Part shown: one piece after another, positions 1 through 7,581 of the stretch | Position numbering within the stretch: position 1 is the first letter of the stretch | Layout: each line of letters opens with the position of its first letter | Source: Escherichia phage phi2013 | Sequence record: MT427400.3 | DNA length: 49,833 nt | Direction: 5' to 3' (one strand) | Position numbers and translations under genes: made by a program | The notes under the pieces: model-generated | The model's database searches: none | What the model saw: the letters and a program-made list of their open reading frames with translations, nothing else | What the model was told of the DNA's origin: nothing

Positions 1-35
1 GGATCTAGTGTGGACTGTAAGCACTGAGCGGTAAA

Positions 36-78
36 TAGCACTTTTTGTTAAAACCGGATCGGGATAACGCGGTATAGT
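36..78 (+). promoter_or_regulatory. early promoter cassette: TAGCAC-N5-TTGTTA palindrome-like box, 22-bp spacer with GC hairpin, -10 TATAGT
   Basis: tagcactttttgttaaaac at 36-54; gggataac/gttatccc dyad; TATAGT at 73-78; ATG at 110. Confidence 0.5.
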
Positions 79-109
79 TATCCCATCAACAACGAATGAG
101 AAAACGAAG

Positions 110-304
110 ATGGAAACGCAAATTGACGTAGTGGTTGTTCAGCGAGACTCAACTCATGAAAAGGGTCTGTTTAAGAAGGGAACGGAAATCACGATCGACC
201 TTGAGGATATGGTTGCTTATCACTCTGGACTTACCTGGAACGTGGTGCGCGTAGGCAGCGACTATAAACTCAAAGGCTTTAACACTTACTTTGCAGAGGC
301 TTAA
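110..304 (+). CDS. hypothetical early protein
   Basis: 64-aa ORF directly downstream of promoter cassette; stop abuts next gene. Confidence 0.5.
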   Translation: METQIDVVVVQRDSTHEKGLFKKGTEITIDLEDMVAYHSGLTWNVVRVGSDYKLKGFNTYFAEA

Positions 305-306
305 TC

Positions 307-777
307 ATGACAACCATTACCGTATTTCTGGCTAAAGATGAGATTGATGGCGAAATGTCATTCTTCGCATTTGAGCACAAAACCGGATCGCACTGGCATA
401 TGTATAGCCGCTACACGGTTATCGATATCAACTCATACCGCGCAGGCTCACTTACTGAAAAGCTGGGTTGCTTCATTGGAGCTATCAAGGTGAACAATGG
501 CTGCGAGTGGGCAGATGAGCACGAAGAGCGCCGCATGTGCAATATGATTAACCCGGTCTATCTTGAGTCGTTCGAGCTTGATGCTGATGTGAACATTAAG
601 GTGAGAAAGTCTGGTGAGTTATTGCCAGGGATGCGTGTGCTGACTGGTTACTCGGGCCGTAAGGTGTGGCGCACCGTATCGAAGATTCGCCAGCGTTCTG
701 CAACATGCTACAGCGTATTCTTTGAAGATGGCTGGAATATGATGTCCGGTAGTGAGGTGAAGTATCTCACCAAATAG
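307..777 (+). CDS. hypothetical early protein
   Basis: 156-aa ORF, tightly packed after preceding gene. Confidence 0.55.
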   Translation: MTTITVFLAKDEIDGEMSFFAFEHKTGSHWHMYSRYTVIDINSYRAGSLTEKLGCFIGAIKVNNGCEWADEHEERRMCNMINPVYLESFELDADVNIKVRKSGELLPGMRVLTGYSGRKVWRTVSKIRQRSATCYSVFFEDGWNMMSGSEVKYLTK

Positions 778-817
778 CACGAATTGTTAAAACCGGATCG
801 GGGTATCTTGCTATAGT
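775..817 (+). promoter_or_regulatory. early promoter cassette (TAGCAC-N5-TTGTTA, 22 bp, TGc-TATAGT extended -10)
   Basis: tagcacgaattgttaaaac 775-793; ggggta/tacccc dyad; TATAGT 812-817. Confidence 0.5.
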
Positions 818-855
818 TACCCCATCGAAACGAGATACCAATCAGAGGAATAACC

Positions 856-1086
856 ATGTCAATCGTCAAGAACCAGCAAGCCATCGATTAAACCAATAAC
901 AACCGCTTTGCTATTTTCATCACATCGATAGGTCGCCGATTTGCAGTCAAAGCCGTTCCGGGTGGATACAAAACCTACATGGAAGATAAAGGAAAGTGGG
1001 TGTGGTGCGAAAACCTTGCAAACTTCCTAGTCTGGAATGCAGACCTCCAGGGCTTTGATGATATCAGCACCTTAATTGAGGAATAA
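856..1086 (+). pseudogene. early ORF interrupted by in-frame TAA at 889-891 (nonsense mutation, readthrough or sequencing error)
   Basis: strong SD cagaggaa then ATG 856; 11 codons, TAA, then the same frame stays open 64 codons to 1086; no ATG to restart. Confidence 0.35.
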
Positions 1087-1092
1087 ATAATT

Positions 1093-1320
1093 ATGCCACG
1101 TTACAATAAACAGACTAAACTCACCCGCGTAAACGGGCACATGATTCCGGCTGAATCCACTCACTACGCAATGGGCGCAAAGCACGGAGTCTATTTCAAG
1201 TGGCGCGGTCAATGGAACTTCACGGCGGTTAGTAATTTCTACATGCGCGTCCCAGGTATTGACCCGCAGACGGTCGTAGAGGACTCAATCGGCAACAACA
1301 AGATCGAGGTGCTAAAATGA
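1093..1320 (+). CDS. hypothetical early protein
   Basis: 75-aa ORF. Confidence 0.5.
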   Translation: MPRYNKQTKLTRVNGHMIPAESTHYAMGAKHGVYFKWRGQWNFTAVSNFYMRVPGIDPQTVVEDSIGNNKIEVLK

Positions 1321-1423
1321 ACTTCAATACAATTGCTTTATGGTCTGCCGTCTGGTTCTTCTGTATGGGTCATGTCATGGTTGGAATCGTAGTTATGCTG
1401 CTACTGTGTGCGGGAGCGTTCGA

Positions 1424-1597
1424 ATGATGCGCATTCTGATTTGCATGATGGCGGCGGTCGCACTGGCTATCCTGGTAGTGTCCGGCTGCGGAGAGGCCAA
1501 AGAGCGATGCCATGAAACCGGAAACCAGGTTACTACTTTCGTGATGGTTGGCAACGTATTGCTACCAATCACATCAAATGAAATCACTTGCGAATAG
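1424..1597 (+). CDS. small putative lipoprotein
   Basis: SD gggag 7 nt before ATG 1424; N-terminus MMRILICMMAAVALAILVVSGC has a hydrophobic signal and lipobox-like VSGC. Confidence 0.5.
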   Translation: MMRILICMMAAVALAILVVSGCGEAKERCHETGNQVTTFVMVGNVLLPITSNEITCE

Positions 1598-1606
1598 GAT
1601 GTTAAA

Positions 1607-1798
1607 ATGGCTGATTTTATGCACCAAATGATTGCAGTATTCAAAGGTAGTGATGACCAGGAGGTGAAAGAGTGCTTTACTGTAGACAAGCCTTATAGCG
1701 CATCGCTAACCAGCTTCGGGAATATCTCATTGCTTGATGATAACGGCGACCCCTGGGTATTCGACGAAGACACTGATTGCTTCGAAATTAAAGAATAG
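1607..1798 (+). CDS. hypothetical acidic early protein
   Basis: 63-aa ORF, D/E-rich C-terminus. Confidence 0.45.
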   Translation: MADFMHQMIAVFKGSDDQEVKECFTVDKPYSASLTSFGNISLLDDNGDPWVFDEDTDCFEIKE

Positions 1799-1838
1799 CA
1801 CTTTTTGTTAAAACTCAATATCGGGGTTGCGCTATAGT
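1796..1838 (+). promoter_or_regulatory. early promoter cassette
   Basis: tagcactttttgttaaaac 1796-1814; 22-bp spacer with ggggtt/aacccc dyad; TATAGT 1833-1838. Confidence 0.5.
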
Positions 1839-1869
1839 AACCCCATCGACAACAAACGAGGACACTAAC

Positions 1870-2358
1870 ATGAAAATCAAATTGCTTTGCACTGGCGGTT
1901 ACAAGGGCTTTACTCGCGACCTGGAAGCGGATCCTATCGTGATTGATGCGGTGAAGTGTGATGATAGCCTCGGCGGCTACCGCGTGAAGGTTGACGACCT
2001 GGTGAAAGCTGGCGTGTACGATCTGGGCTATGGACTTTCGGTTAGCCCGGTAGTTGGTCCGGCAGACTTCAACGAGAAGGATGGAACGATGTTCTTCTTC
2101 GAATGGGAAGTCCAGGCAAATCCTAAGCCGCGCAAGGTTCGTCTTCTCAGTAATGGCGGCTACCCGATGCGTCCAGGTTATGAGAATCGCACATTCCCGG
2201 TTATCGTTGACTTTGAAGAAATCACCGCACACTTAGCTTATATCAACGGTGAACAGCTTCATGCTGTTGGATTCGTGGGATGTATGAATCAAGAGGCGCT
2301 ATGCTTCTTCCATTGTAAAGCCGAGCCGTTCGATATTGAGTGCGAGTTAGTATACTAA
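1870..2358 (+). CDS. hypothetical early protein
   Basis: 162-aa ORF with SD acgagg upstream. Confidence 0.55.
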   Translation: MKIKLLCTGGYKGFTRDLEADPIVIDAVKCDDSLGGYRVKVDDLVKAGVYDLGYGLSVSPVVGPADFNEKDGTMFFFEWEVQANPKPRKVRLLSNGGYPMRPGYENRTFPVIVDFEEITAHLAYINGEQLHAVGFVGCMNQEALCFFHCKAEPFDIECELVY

Positions 2359-2399
2359 GCACGAATTGTTAAAAGGGGATTTGGCCTGACTGGTATAAT
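2357..2399 (+). promoter_or_regulatory. early promoter cassette
   Basis: agcacgaattgttaaaa; 22-bp spacer; TGg-TATAAT at 2394-2399. Confidence 0.5.
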
Positions 2400-2429
2400 C
2401 CCCGCATAAACCACTAAGAGGAAAGCATC

Positions 2430-2936
2430 ATGTTAAAATTAGAAGACGTAAAATTCCCGATTAAATTTATCAGCCTAGGTTGCGGTGAAATTACATTCAC
2501 CAGTGAAGATAAAGGCAAGTGGGACAATGATAAAATGTCTCAGCTTAAGTTGGATTGGTTTATCAATCGGCACAATGAAGTAAATCCTGAAAACTCAGCC
2601 AAGAAGGATTACCATTACATTATTAGTGGTAGTCAGGATGCGTACGAAAAGTATGATGGTTGGAAAACTGTTCGATCAATCTTCCACCCCGCAAAGCCAG
2701 AAATTAAACCGATGTTACAATGCGCTCAGATCGAGAACATTCCATTGAGCGCGACGCTAAAAGGAGTGCAGCTTGATGATAAATCCTGGCTTGAAATAAC
2801 CGCCACGCCGAAAACTATTGAAGTGCACGACGATATCGTCACTCTTCTATTGCATTACGGCAGCTTTAAGCACAAAGCGGTATCAGGTGAAATCAGCATT
2901 AAGCGCGGAACACTTGTGCGCTATGAGGTGAAATAA
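2430..2936 (+). CDS. hypothetical early protein
   Basis: 168-aa ORF, SD aagagg. Confidence 0.55.
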   Translation: MLKLEDVKFPIKFISLGCGEITFTSEDKGKWDNDKMSQLKLDWFINRHNEVNPENSAKKDYHYIISGSQDAYEKYDGWKTVRSIFHPAKPEIKPMLQCAQIENIPLSATLKGVQLDDKSWLEITATPKTIEVHDDIVTLLLHYGSFKHKAVSGEISIKRGTLVRYEVK

Positions 2937-3082
2937 TGGCTGCATGGGTTTTGATTATCTTAATGAGTACCGGGCCGGATCACGTATACATGGAAAGTCA
3001 GCAATCATGAAACAAGGTACGGGAAGTAATTGCAGAGAATAAGCCGTTCGGATATGAAGTAAAAACGATGTGCGTTAAACGA

Positions 3083-3125
3083 TAGCACGAATTGCTAAAC
3101 CTTCCGCAAGGCCATTTGATATAGT
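3083..3125 (+). promoter_or_regulatory. early promoter cassette
   Basis: tagcacgaattgctaaac; TTGCTA 3092-3097; 22-bp spacer with aaggcca/tggcctt dyad; TGa-TATAGT 3120-3125. Confidence 0.5.
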
Positions 3126-3165
3126 GGCCTTATTGAAGCAAGGCAACCAATCAGAGGAATCAGCT

Positions 3166-3372
3166 ATGGCTACACGACTAACTCAGTGGCAGATTTACGA
3201 CAAGGCCTCACGCCTTCGTGAATCGCTTCGCGGACTGACGCCGAATGACCGAATGGAGATTATCGGGCACGCATTGCACGAACTAACATCTCAGGACGTA
3301 ATCTATCATTCATGCGGCAATAAATTCTGGAACGTGACATTCGAGGTAAAGAAAGATGAGCAAAACTCATAA
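3166..3372 (+). CDS. hypothetical protein
   Basis: start chosen at ATG 3166 after SD cagaggaa (track ORF begins 3124). Confidence 0.45.
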   Translation: MATRLTQWQIYDKASRLRESLRGLTPNDRMEIIGHALHELTSQDVIYHSCGNKFWNVTFEVKKDEQNS

Positions 3373-3643
3373 GTTAAAAATCGCCCCGATACATTTCATT
3401 GGTGTAATGAACGGAACCAAAACGGCAGAGTTCCGCATCAATGACCGCAACTTCCAGGTTGGTGATATCCTTGAGCTACGCGAGTTCGATCGTGACGACT
3501 TTACCGGGTGGGAAGTTCACGCCAGGGTGTCCGATGTTACAGACGTGACGCCATACATCAATCGCGGTTATGACGAGCAAGAATGCGACTTCACGCAATA
3601 CGTGATGTTATCAATCAAGCCTTACAGGAAGGTTAGACCATGA
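3356..3643 (+). CDS. ASCH/DUF3850-like (PUA-fold) protein
   Basis: 95 aa; pattern GxKTAEFRxNDRxFxVGDILxLxE recalled as typical of DUF3850/ASCH. Confidence 0.55.
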   Translation: MSKTHKLKIAPIHFIGVMNGTKTAEFRINDRNFQVGDILELREFDRDDFTGWEVHARVSDVTDVTPYINRGYDEQECDFTQYVMLSIKPYRKVRP

Positions 3644-4278
3644 AATTTGAGTGCGTATCAAGTAGCGGATCTGGTTTTAAGTGGGGAAAAACTTACAAAG
3701 GTGTTCGCGTAAATGATGACAGCTTCATCATTACTGATGAGAACGGTTGCAACGTGAACGTTGTACGGCGTCACGAATATCAGGAAATTTTCCTGCCTTA
3801 TGGCGGTAGCTCAAAATATATCTTCCATCGAATCGTGGATGGTGTTAAATTTAACGACGTAATCGAAGCAATCAACCAACTGCATAATAAAGAGGTAAAA
3901 TTTATGAAATTCGAATGTATCAGCGACAACACTAAAAAATTTACCGTTGGAAAAATTTACAACGTTCCTTCTGAGCACGCTAAGCACACTTTAGCGCTGA
4001 CCGACGACACAGGCTGCCAACGCATTGCAACCGTGACGCACAATGGCGAAGGTCTTCGCTGGAACAGCGGCGGCACTAAGTTCGCAACTTTCGGTAAGAA
4101 GCGCAAGCGCAATTTCCGCGTCAACGGCAAGATCAACACCAGCAAGATTAGCAACGTCAAGCCTATTAATGTTGACCACAAGCCAGAGCTTGATCTTAAA
4201 GGCAAGGTGGATATTCCTGATATGGCTTTAGCGATCCTTATTCTTGTTGCTCTAATTTCTATCATGCTCATCATGTAA
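3640..4278 (+). CDS. hypothetical protein with internal tandem duplication and C-terminal transmembrane anchor
   Basis: two copies of MKFEC(V/I)S...GK(T/I)Y(K/N) about 85 aa apart; C-terminus MALAILILVALISIMLIM hydrophobic. Confidence 0.55.
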   Translation: MKFECVSSSGSGFKWGKTYKGVRVNDDSFIITDENGCNVNVVRRHEYQEIFLPYGGSSKYIFHRIVDGVKFNDVIEAINQLHNKEVKFMKFECISDNTKKFTVGKIYNVPSEHAKHTLALTDDTGCQRIATVTHNGEGLRWNSGGTKFATFGKKRKRNFRVNGKINTSKISNVKPINVDHKPELDLKGKVDIPDMALAILILVALISIMLIM

Positions 4279-4285
4279 TTTTAAC

Positions 4286-4319
4286 GGGGAATTGGCTCTG
4301 AGCGGTTCCCCTTTCTTTT
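4286..4319 (+). terminator. rho-independent terminator
   Basis: gggga...tcccc stem followed by TTTCTTTT. Confidence 0.5.
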
Positions 4320-4426
4320 GGAGAAAACACTATGCCAGACTTTTCTAACTGGAATAACGAGCCGCCATCATTTCAGGAGTTGCTATTCTGCCTCCTGGTC
4401 CTGACATTATCTCTTAAGGGTGTTTT

Positions 4427-4645
4427 ATGGCTACTATCATAACAGCAGAAGATGCAGCACGCGACGCAGTGGAAGGAATGCGCCCAAATACCTCCAGAAT
4501 AGCACACTACTACAAATCTGAGGTGTCGGCAGTGCAATTGGTCAACGAAATTTTAAGGCTACCACAAGTCGATTCAGCGCGCGTGGTGACGTGCTTAAAA
4601 AATTATTTTTGCATCGCTATTAAAACGAATAGCACGAATTGCTAA
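4427..4645 (+). CDS. hypothetical protein
   Basis: 72-aa ORF. Confidence 0.4.
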   Translation: MATIITAEDAARDAVEGMRPNTSRIAHYYKSEVSAVQLVNEILRLPQVDSARVVTCLKNYFCIAIKTNSTNC

Positions 4646-4672
4646 AACCTATCAAGGGGAATGCGCTATGAT
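4630..4672 (+). promoter_or_regulatory. early promoter cassette
   Basis: tagcacgaattgctaaaac; 22-bp spacer with gggaat/attccc dyad; TATGAT 4667-4672. Confidence 0.5.
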
Positions 4673-4702
4673 TCCCATGCACCAACAAACGAGGAAGCAC
4701 TC

Positions 4703-5149
4703 ATGAAACACTTAATTTGCATTGAAACGCCTAACGACCAGCACACCCTGCACGGCATTGGAATGTTCAAAGGTCACTACATGACAGCAAGTATTCATGA
4801 TTCGCGTTGCGTCAATGGCGATCTGATGATTACGTCAAAAGAAGTAACTCCGTACATTATGCAGAATCTTGGCAATAACGAATATATGGCCTACGGATGC
4901 AATGCGGTGTACAAGCATATCAAGATCAGAAAACGCGTTGTTCGCGCATTCAAGAAAATTGCAATGAAACAATGGAAGATGAGCAAGAAAGATGCTGGAC
5001 GCTGGGCGCGTAACGTTGCAGATTCATACTTCTACCGTAACGGTGAGTCCTGCCACTTCCTTATCGATGAACTTATGGAAAACTACGGCGGCGACTTCAG
5101 TCAGGGTGGCTTTGACGCTTGGGCTGACTACGAGGTCGATTACTGGTAA
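4703..5149 (+). CDS. hypothetical protein
   Basis: start at ATG 4703 after SD acgagga; 148 aa. Confidence 0.5.
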   Translation: MKHLICIETPNDQHTLHGIGMFKGHYMTASIHDSRCVNGDLMITSKEVTPYIMQNLGNNEYMAYGCNAVYKHIKIRKRVVRAFKKIAMKQWKMSKKDAGRWARNVADSYFYRNGESCHFLIDELMENYGGDFSQGGFDAWADYEVDYW

Positions 5150-5192
5150 TAGCACGAATTGCTAAAACTTGCTCAAGGGCATTTGATAGAAT
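5150..5192 (+). promoter_or_regulatory. early promoter cassette
   Basis: tagcacgaattgctaaaac; 22-bp spacer with agggcat/atgccct dyad; TGa-TAGAAT 5187-5192. Confidence 0.5.
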
Positions 5193-5232
5193 GCCCTTCG
5201 TTGAGTTAAGCAACCAATCAGAGGAATAAATC

Positions 5233-5844
5233 ATGGATAAAATTACCATTTGGGGCCAGACAATCAACCTGTTTCTCGGCACGCGCCGCGTAGCAATCTT
5301 TGACTTTGATGGAACACTTAGCGATGGATCTGGTCGACTTCACCTGCTACCTACAAAGGATTTGCACTTAACTGAAAGCTGGTCCGAGTTTAACCGCGCG
5401 GCAATATTTGACAACCCTATCCAAAGCACGATCGATGTGATGAACTCTATGTATGCCGCTGGTCATCATGTGATCATTTTAACCGGGCGAAGTGATGAGG
5501 TGCGTTACGCATCTGAGTTGTGGCTTAAGCATCACGGCGCTCGATATGATTACCTGATTATGCGACCATACACCGATAACCGGAAAGACACAGTAATGAA
5601 AGAAGAGGCGGTGCGCGCGATCGGCATTGATAACATTCTGGCGGCCTGGGATGACTCACCGCAAATTATTCCATTATTCCGCTCACTTGGAATAACCACT
5701 TACGCTGTAGTTGACTATGGCGATAAAGTTCACGATCATTTAAAATCTCACGGGGTAGATGAGGTTTGCAATCATGAACCATCTGAGCCGCTACCGCCAT
5801 TTGGTGAGAAAATTTGCATTAAGTGCAAGGAGTTATTGAAGTGA
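5233..5844 (+). CDS. HAD-superfamily phosphatase, polynucleotide 3'-phosphatase-like
   Basis: DxDGT motif (FDFDGTLSDG), ILTGRS, RKDTVMKEE; recalled as resembling the T4 Pnk phosphatase domain; C-terminal CxxC...CIKC. Confidence 0.6.
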   Translation: MDKITIWGQTINLFLGTRRVAIFDFDGTLSDGSGRLHLLPTKDLHLTESWSEFNRAAIFDNPIQSTIDVMNSMYAAGHHVIILTGRSDEVRYASELWLKHHGARYDYLIMRPYTDNRKDTVMKEEAVRAIGIDNILAAWDDSPQIIPLFRSLGITTYAVVDYGDKVHDHLKSHGVDEVCNHEPSEPLPPFGEKICIKCKELLK

Positions 5845-5952
5845 ACCTATACGAATTTATTGCAGCACATCCGGTACTAACAGTTATCATTCTGTTAATC
5901 ATAAACTCCACCATCATCAATGTGGCGAAATTATTTTTAGGGAGATACTGAC

Positions 5953-6525
5953 ATGAAAACAGCTATCATTTTAAACGGTGCGCCTGGCGCGGGAAAAGAC
6001 ACTATAGGGTGCATCCTGGCTGACACTTACGATCATGTAGCGCTACGCAGCTTTAAAGCTCCAATGTTTGAGATTGCCCGAGCAATCCTGGGTGAGACTA
6101 ATTTTGAGTATTTCATGTTCTTGTATGAGGACCGTCGCTATAAAGAAGAGCCAGCATCAATCCTGAACGGTAAAAGCCCGCGCCAGTTTATGATCTGGAT
6201 TAGCGAGGAGGTTATCAAGCCGCAGTTCGGAAATCGCTTCTTCGGTATGCGAGCGGAAAGCAAGGTGAAAGAGTCTCACTCCCTTTCGGTATTTACTGAC
6301 GGTGGATTCAAAGACGAAATCTTGCAGATGATTGAAGGTGAAATCCAGGTCAAGCTATGTCGAATCCATCGCAACGGTTGCAACTTTGACAACGACAGTC
6401 GCGACTACATCTATCTTGACGATATGATCGGGGTCAACGGTTATCAGGAATGTGACTTCTTCTCTGTCGAAGGTCATCCAGAAATTACCGCTCAGCACAT
6501 AGCCGCCACGTTCATCAACAAATAG
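5953..6525 (+). CDS. P-loop nucleotide kinase, dNMP kinase-like
   Basis: Walker A GAPGAGKDT at N-terminus; LNGKSP motif recalled from T4 gp1-type dNMP kinase. Confidence 0.6.
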   Translation: MKTAIILNGAPGAGKDTIGCILADTYDHVALRSFKAPMFEIARAILGETNFEYFMFLYEDRRYKEEPASILNGKSPRQFMIWISEEVIKPQFGNRFFGMRAESKVKESHSLSVFTDGGFKDEILQMIEGEIQVKLCRIHRNGCNFDNDSRDYIYLDDMIGVNGYQECDFFSVEGHPEITAQHIAATFINK

Positions 6526-6565
6526 CACGAATTGCTAAAACGTCGGTGGGGTGACTTGATATAGT
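6523..6565 (+). promoter_or_regulatory. early promoter cassette
   Basis: tagcacgaattgctaaaac; 22-bp spacer; TGa-TATAGT 6560-6565. Confidence 0.5.
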
Positions 6566-6597
6566 TACCTCATCGACAACGAAGAGAGAAAATCGAA

Positions 6598-6807
6598 ATG
6601 ATGGTATCAACTGATAAGTTTTTCACTTGCACTAAAACTTCTGAAGTATTCGAACTGGTTCATACTGATAATGGTGACTTCATGCATGACGGTTGCGACG
6701 TTTTCATTGAAGTGAAAGAAAGCGACTATGACTATGGGGTTTATTATAACCCGGCAGTGAACACTCAGTTTTTTACACCGATCGAAGAGGAAGGAGAAGA
6801 AGCATGA
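6598..6807 (+). CDS. hypothetical protein
   Basis: 69-aa ORF; stop overlaps next start (ATGA). Confidence 0.45.
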   Translation: MMVSTDKFFTCTKTSEVFELVHTDNGDFMHDGCDVFIEVKESDYDYGVYYNPAVNTQFFTPIEEEGEEA

Positions 6808-7148
6808 TCACGATTAACCTGTCAGATAAACAAGCGCGTGAAATCCTCGATACTATCGGCGAACAGCTTCACGTAAAAGGCGCTACCGCTGAGATTCTTA
6901 ACCAGATCGAAAGACAGCTAACCCCGGTGTCGACGAATCAGGCTGAGTTCTCAATCTGGAAAAGCGAGCGAATCCTGCCAAATATCATCAAGGCATGGAA
7001 GCGCAAGAATAAAAAAGAAATCAATGTTGATGACTTATTTTCTGATGAATTAAGTCCTTCAAAGGTTGCTCAATATCAGTTGCGATACATGGAATCAGTT
7101 TGCAATCAGGTTTTAAATGTCAACTTTTCATTCGGGAGTGGTAAATAA
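6804..7148 (+). CDS. hypothetical protein
   Basis: 114-aa ORF, translationally coupled. Confidence 0.5.
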   Translation: MITINLSDKQAREILDTIGEQLHVKGATAEILNQIERQLTPVSTNQAEFSIWKSERILPNIIKAWKRKNKKEINVDDLFSDELSPSKVAQYQLRYMESVCNQVLNVNFSFGSGK

Positions 7149-7378
7149 TGTTTGGTTTAAGTGAAGCGGAATGGAACGTGGTAAAGCGCGCGGCGAAGGA
7201 ATTGAATAAATTCGTTAGCGGAATGAAGAAAGAAGATCGCAAAAACGAAAAGATTATGATTGATGTGATCTCAACTCATCACAAAAAGGTTGAGCTACTC
7301 ATCGACCGCTACAAGTTTGTATGGACCGCCGGATATATTGCAGGGCGCGTAGGTAACAAAGAGGGTGATTACGAATAA
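7148..7378 (+). CDS. hypothetical protein
   Basis: 76-aa ORF, overlapping start/stop. Confidence 0.5.
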   Translation: MFGLSEAEWNVVKRAAKELNKFVSGMKKEDRKNEKIMIDVISTHHKKVELLIDRYKFVWTAGYIAGRVGNKEGDYE

Positions 7379-7581
7379 TGGCTAACTTACCGAAGAAAGG
7401 CGATCAGGTTCGATGTGTTACATCACGCAATGGTGATGCTTTCTCAGCGGGATGCTTGTATGACGTTGAAAAAGTAAGTAAAGCAAAGAGACTCGTATTT
7501 GTATACGGAGACGATGGAAATATTCATGAGATTGACTACCCGCAGGATATTACTAAGGGCCAATTTGAAATTAATGATTGA
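7378..7581 (+). CDS. hypothetical protein
   Basis: 67-aa ORF, overlapping start/stop. Confidence 0.5.
   Translation: MANLPKKGDQVRCVTSRNGDAFSAGCLYDVEKVSKAKRLVFVYGDDGNIHEIDYPQDITKGQFEIND

Noticed and set aside
22-30. 9-mer CTGAGCGGT occurring four times (22-30, 4300-4308, 7596-7604, 49819-49827)
   Set aside because: Two copies come from the terminal overlap and one lies in a terminator loop; too few independent copies to call a motif.
1393-2232. Minus-strand track ORFs 1393-1689 and 1693-2232 inside the early region
   Set aside because: They lie entirely antisense to well-supported plus-strand genes, have no SD or promoter cassette, and look like shadow ORFs.
3957-4274. Minus-strand ORFs 3957-4274 and 3991-4179, plus-strand 4043-4231
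   Set aside because: They overlap the better-supported gene 3640-4278 and have no ribosome-binding sites; treated as frame shadows.
5233-6525. Confident call of an RNA-repair (anti-anticodon-nuclease) system
   Set aside because: No RNA ligase gene is evident, and the kinase resembles dNMP kinase at least as much as a polynucleotide kinase; kept as a hypothesis only.
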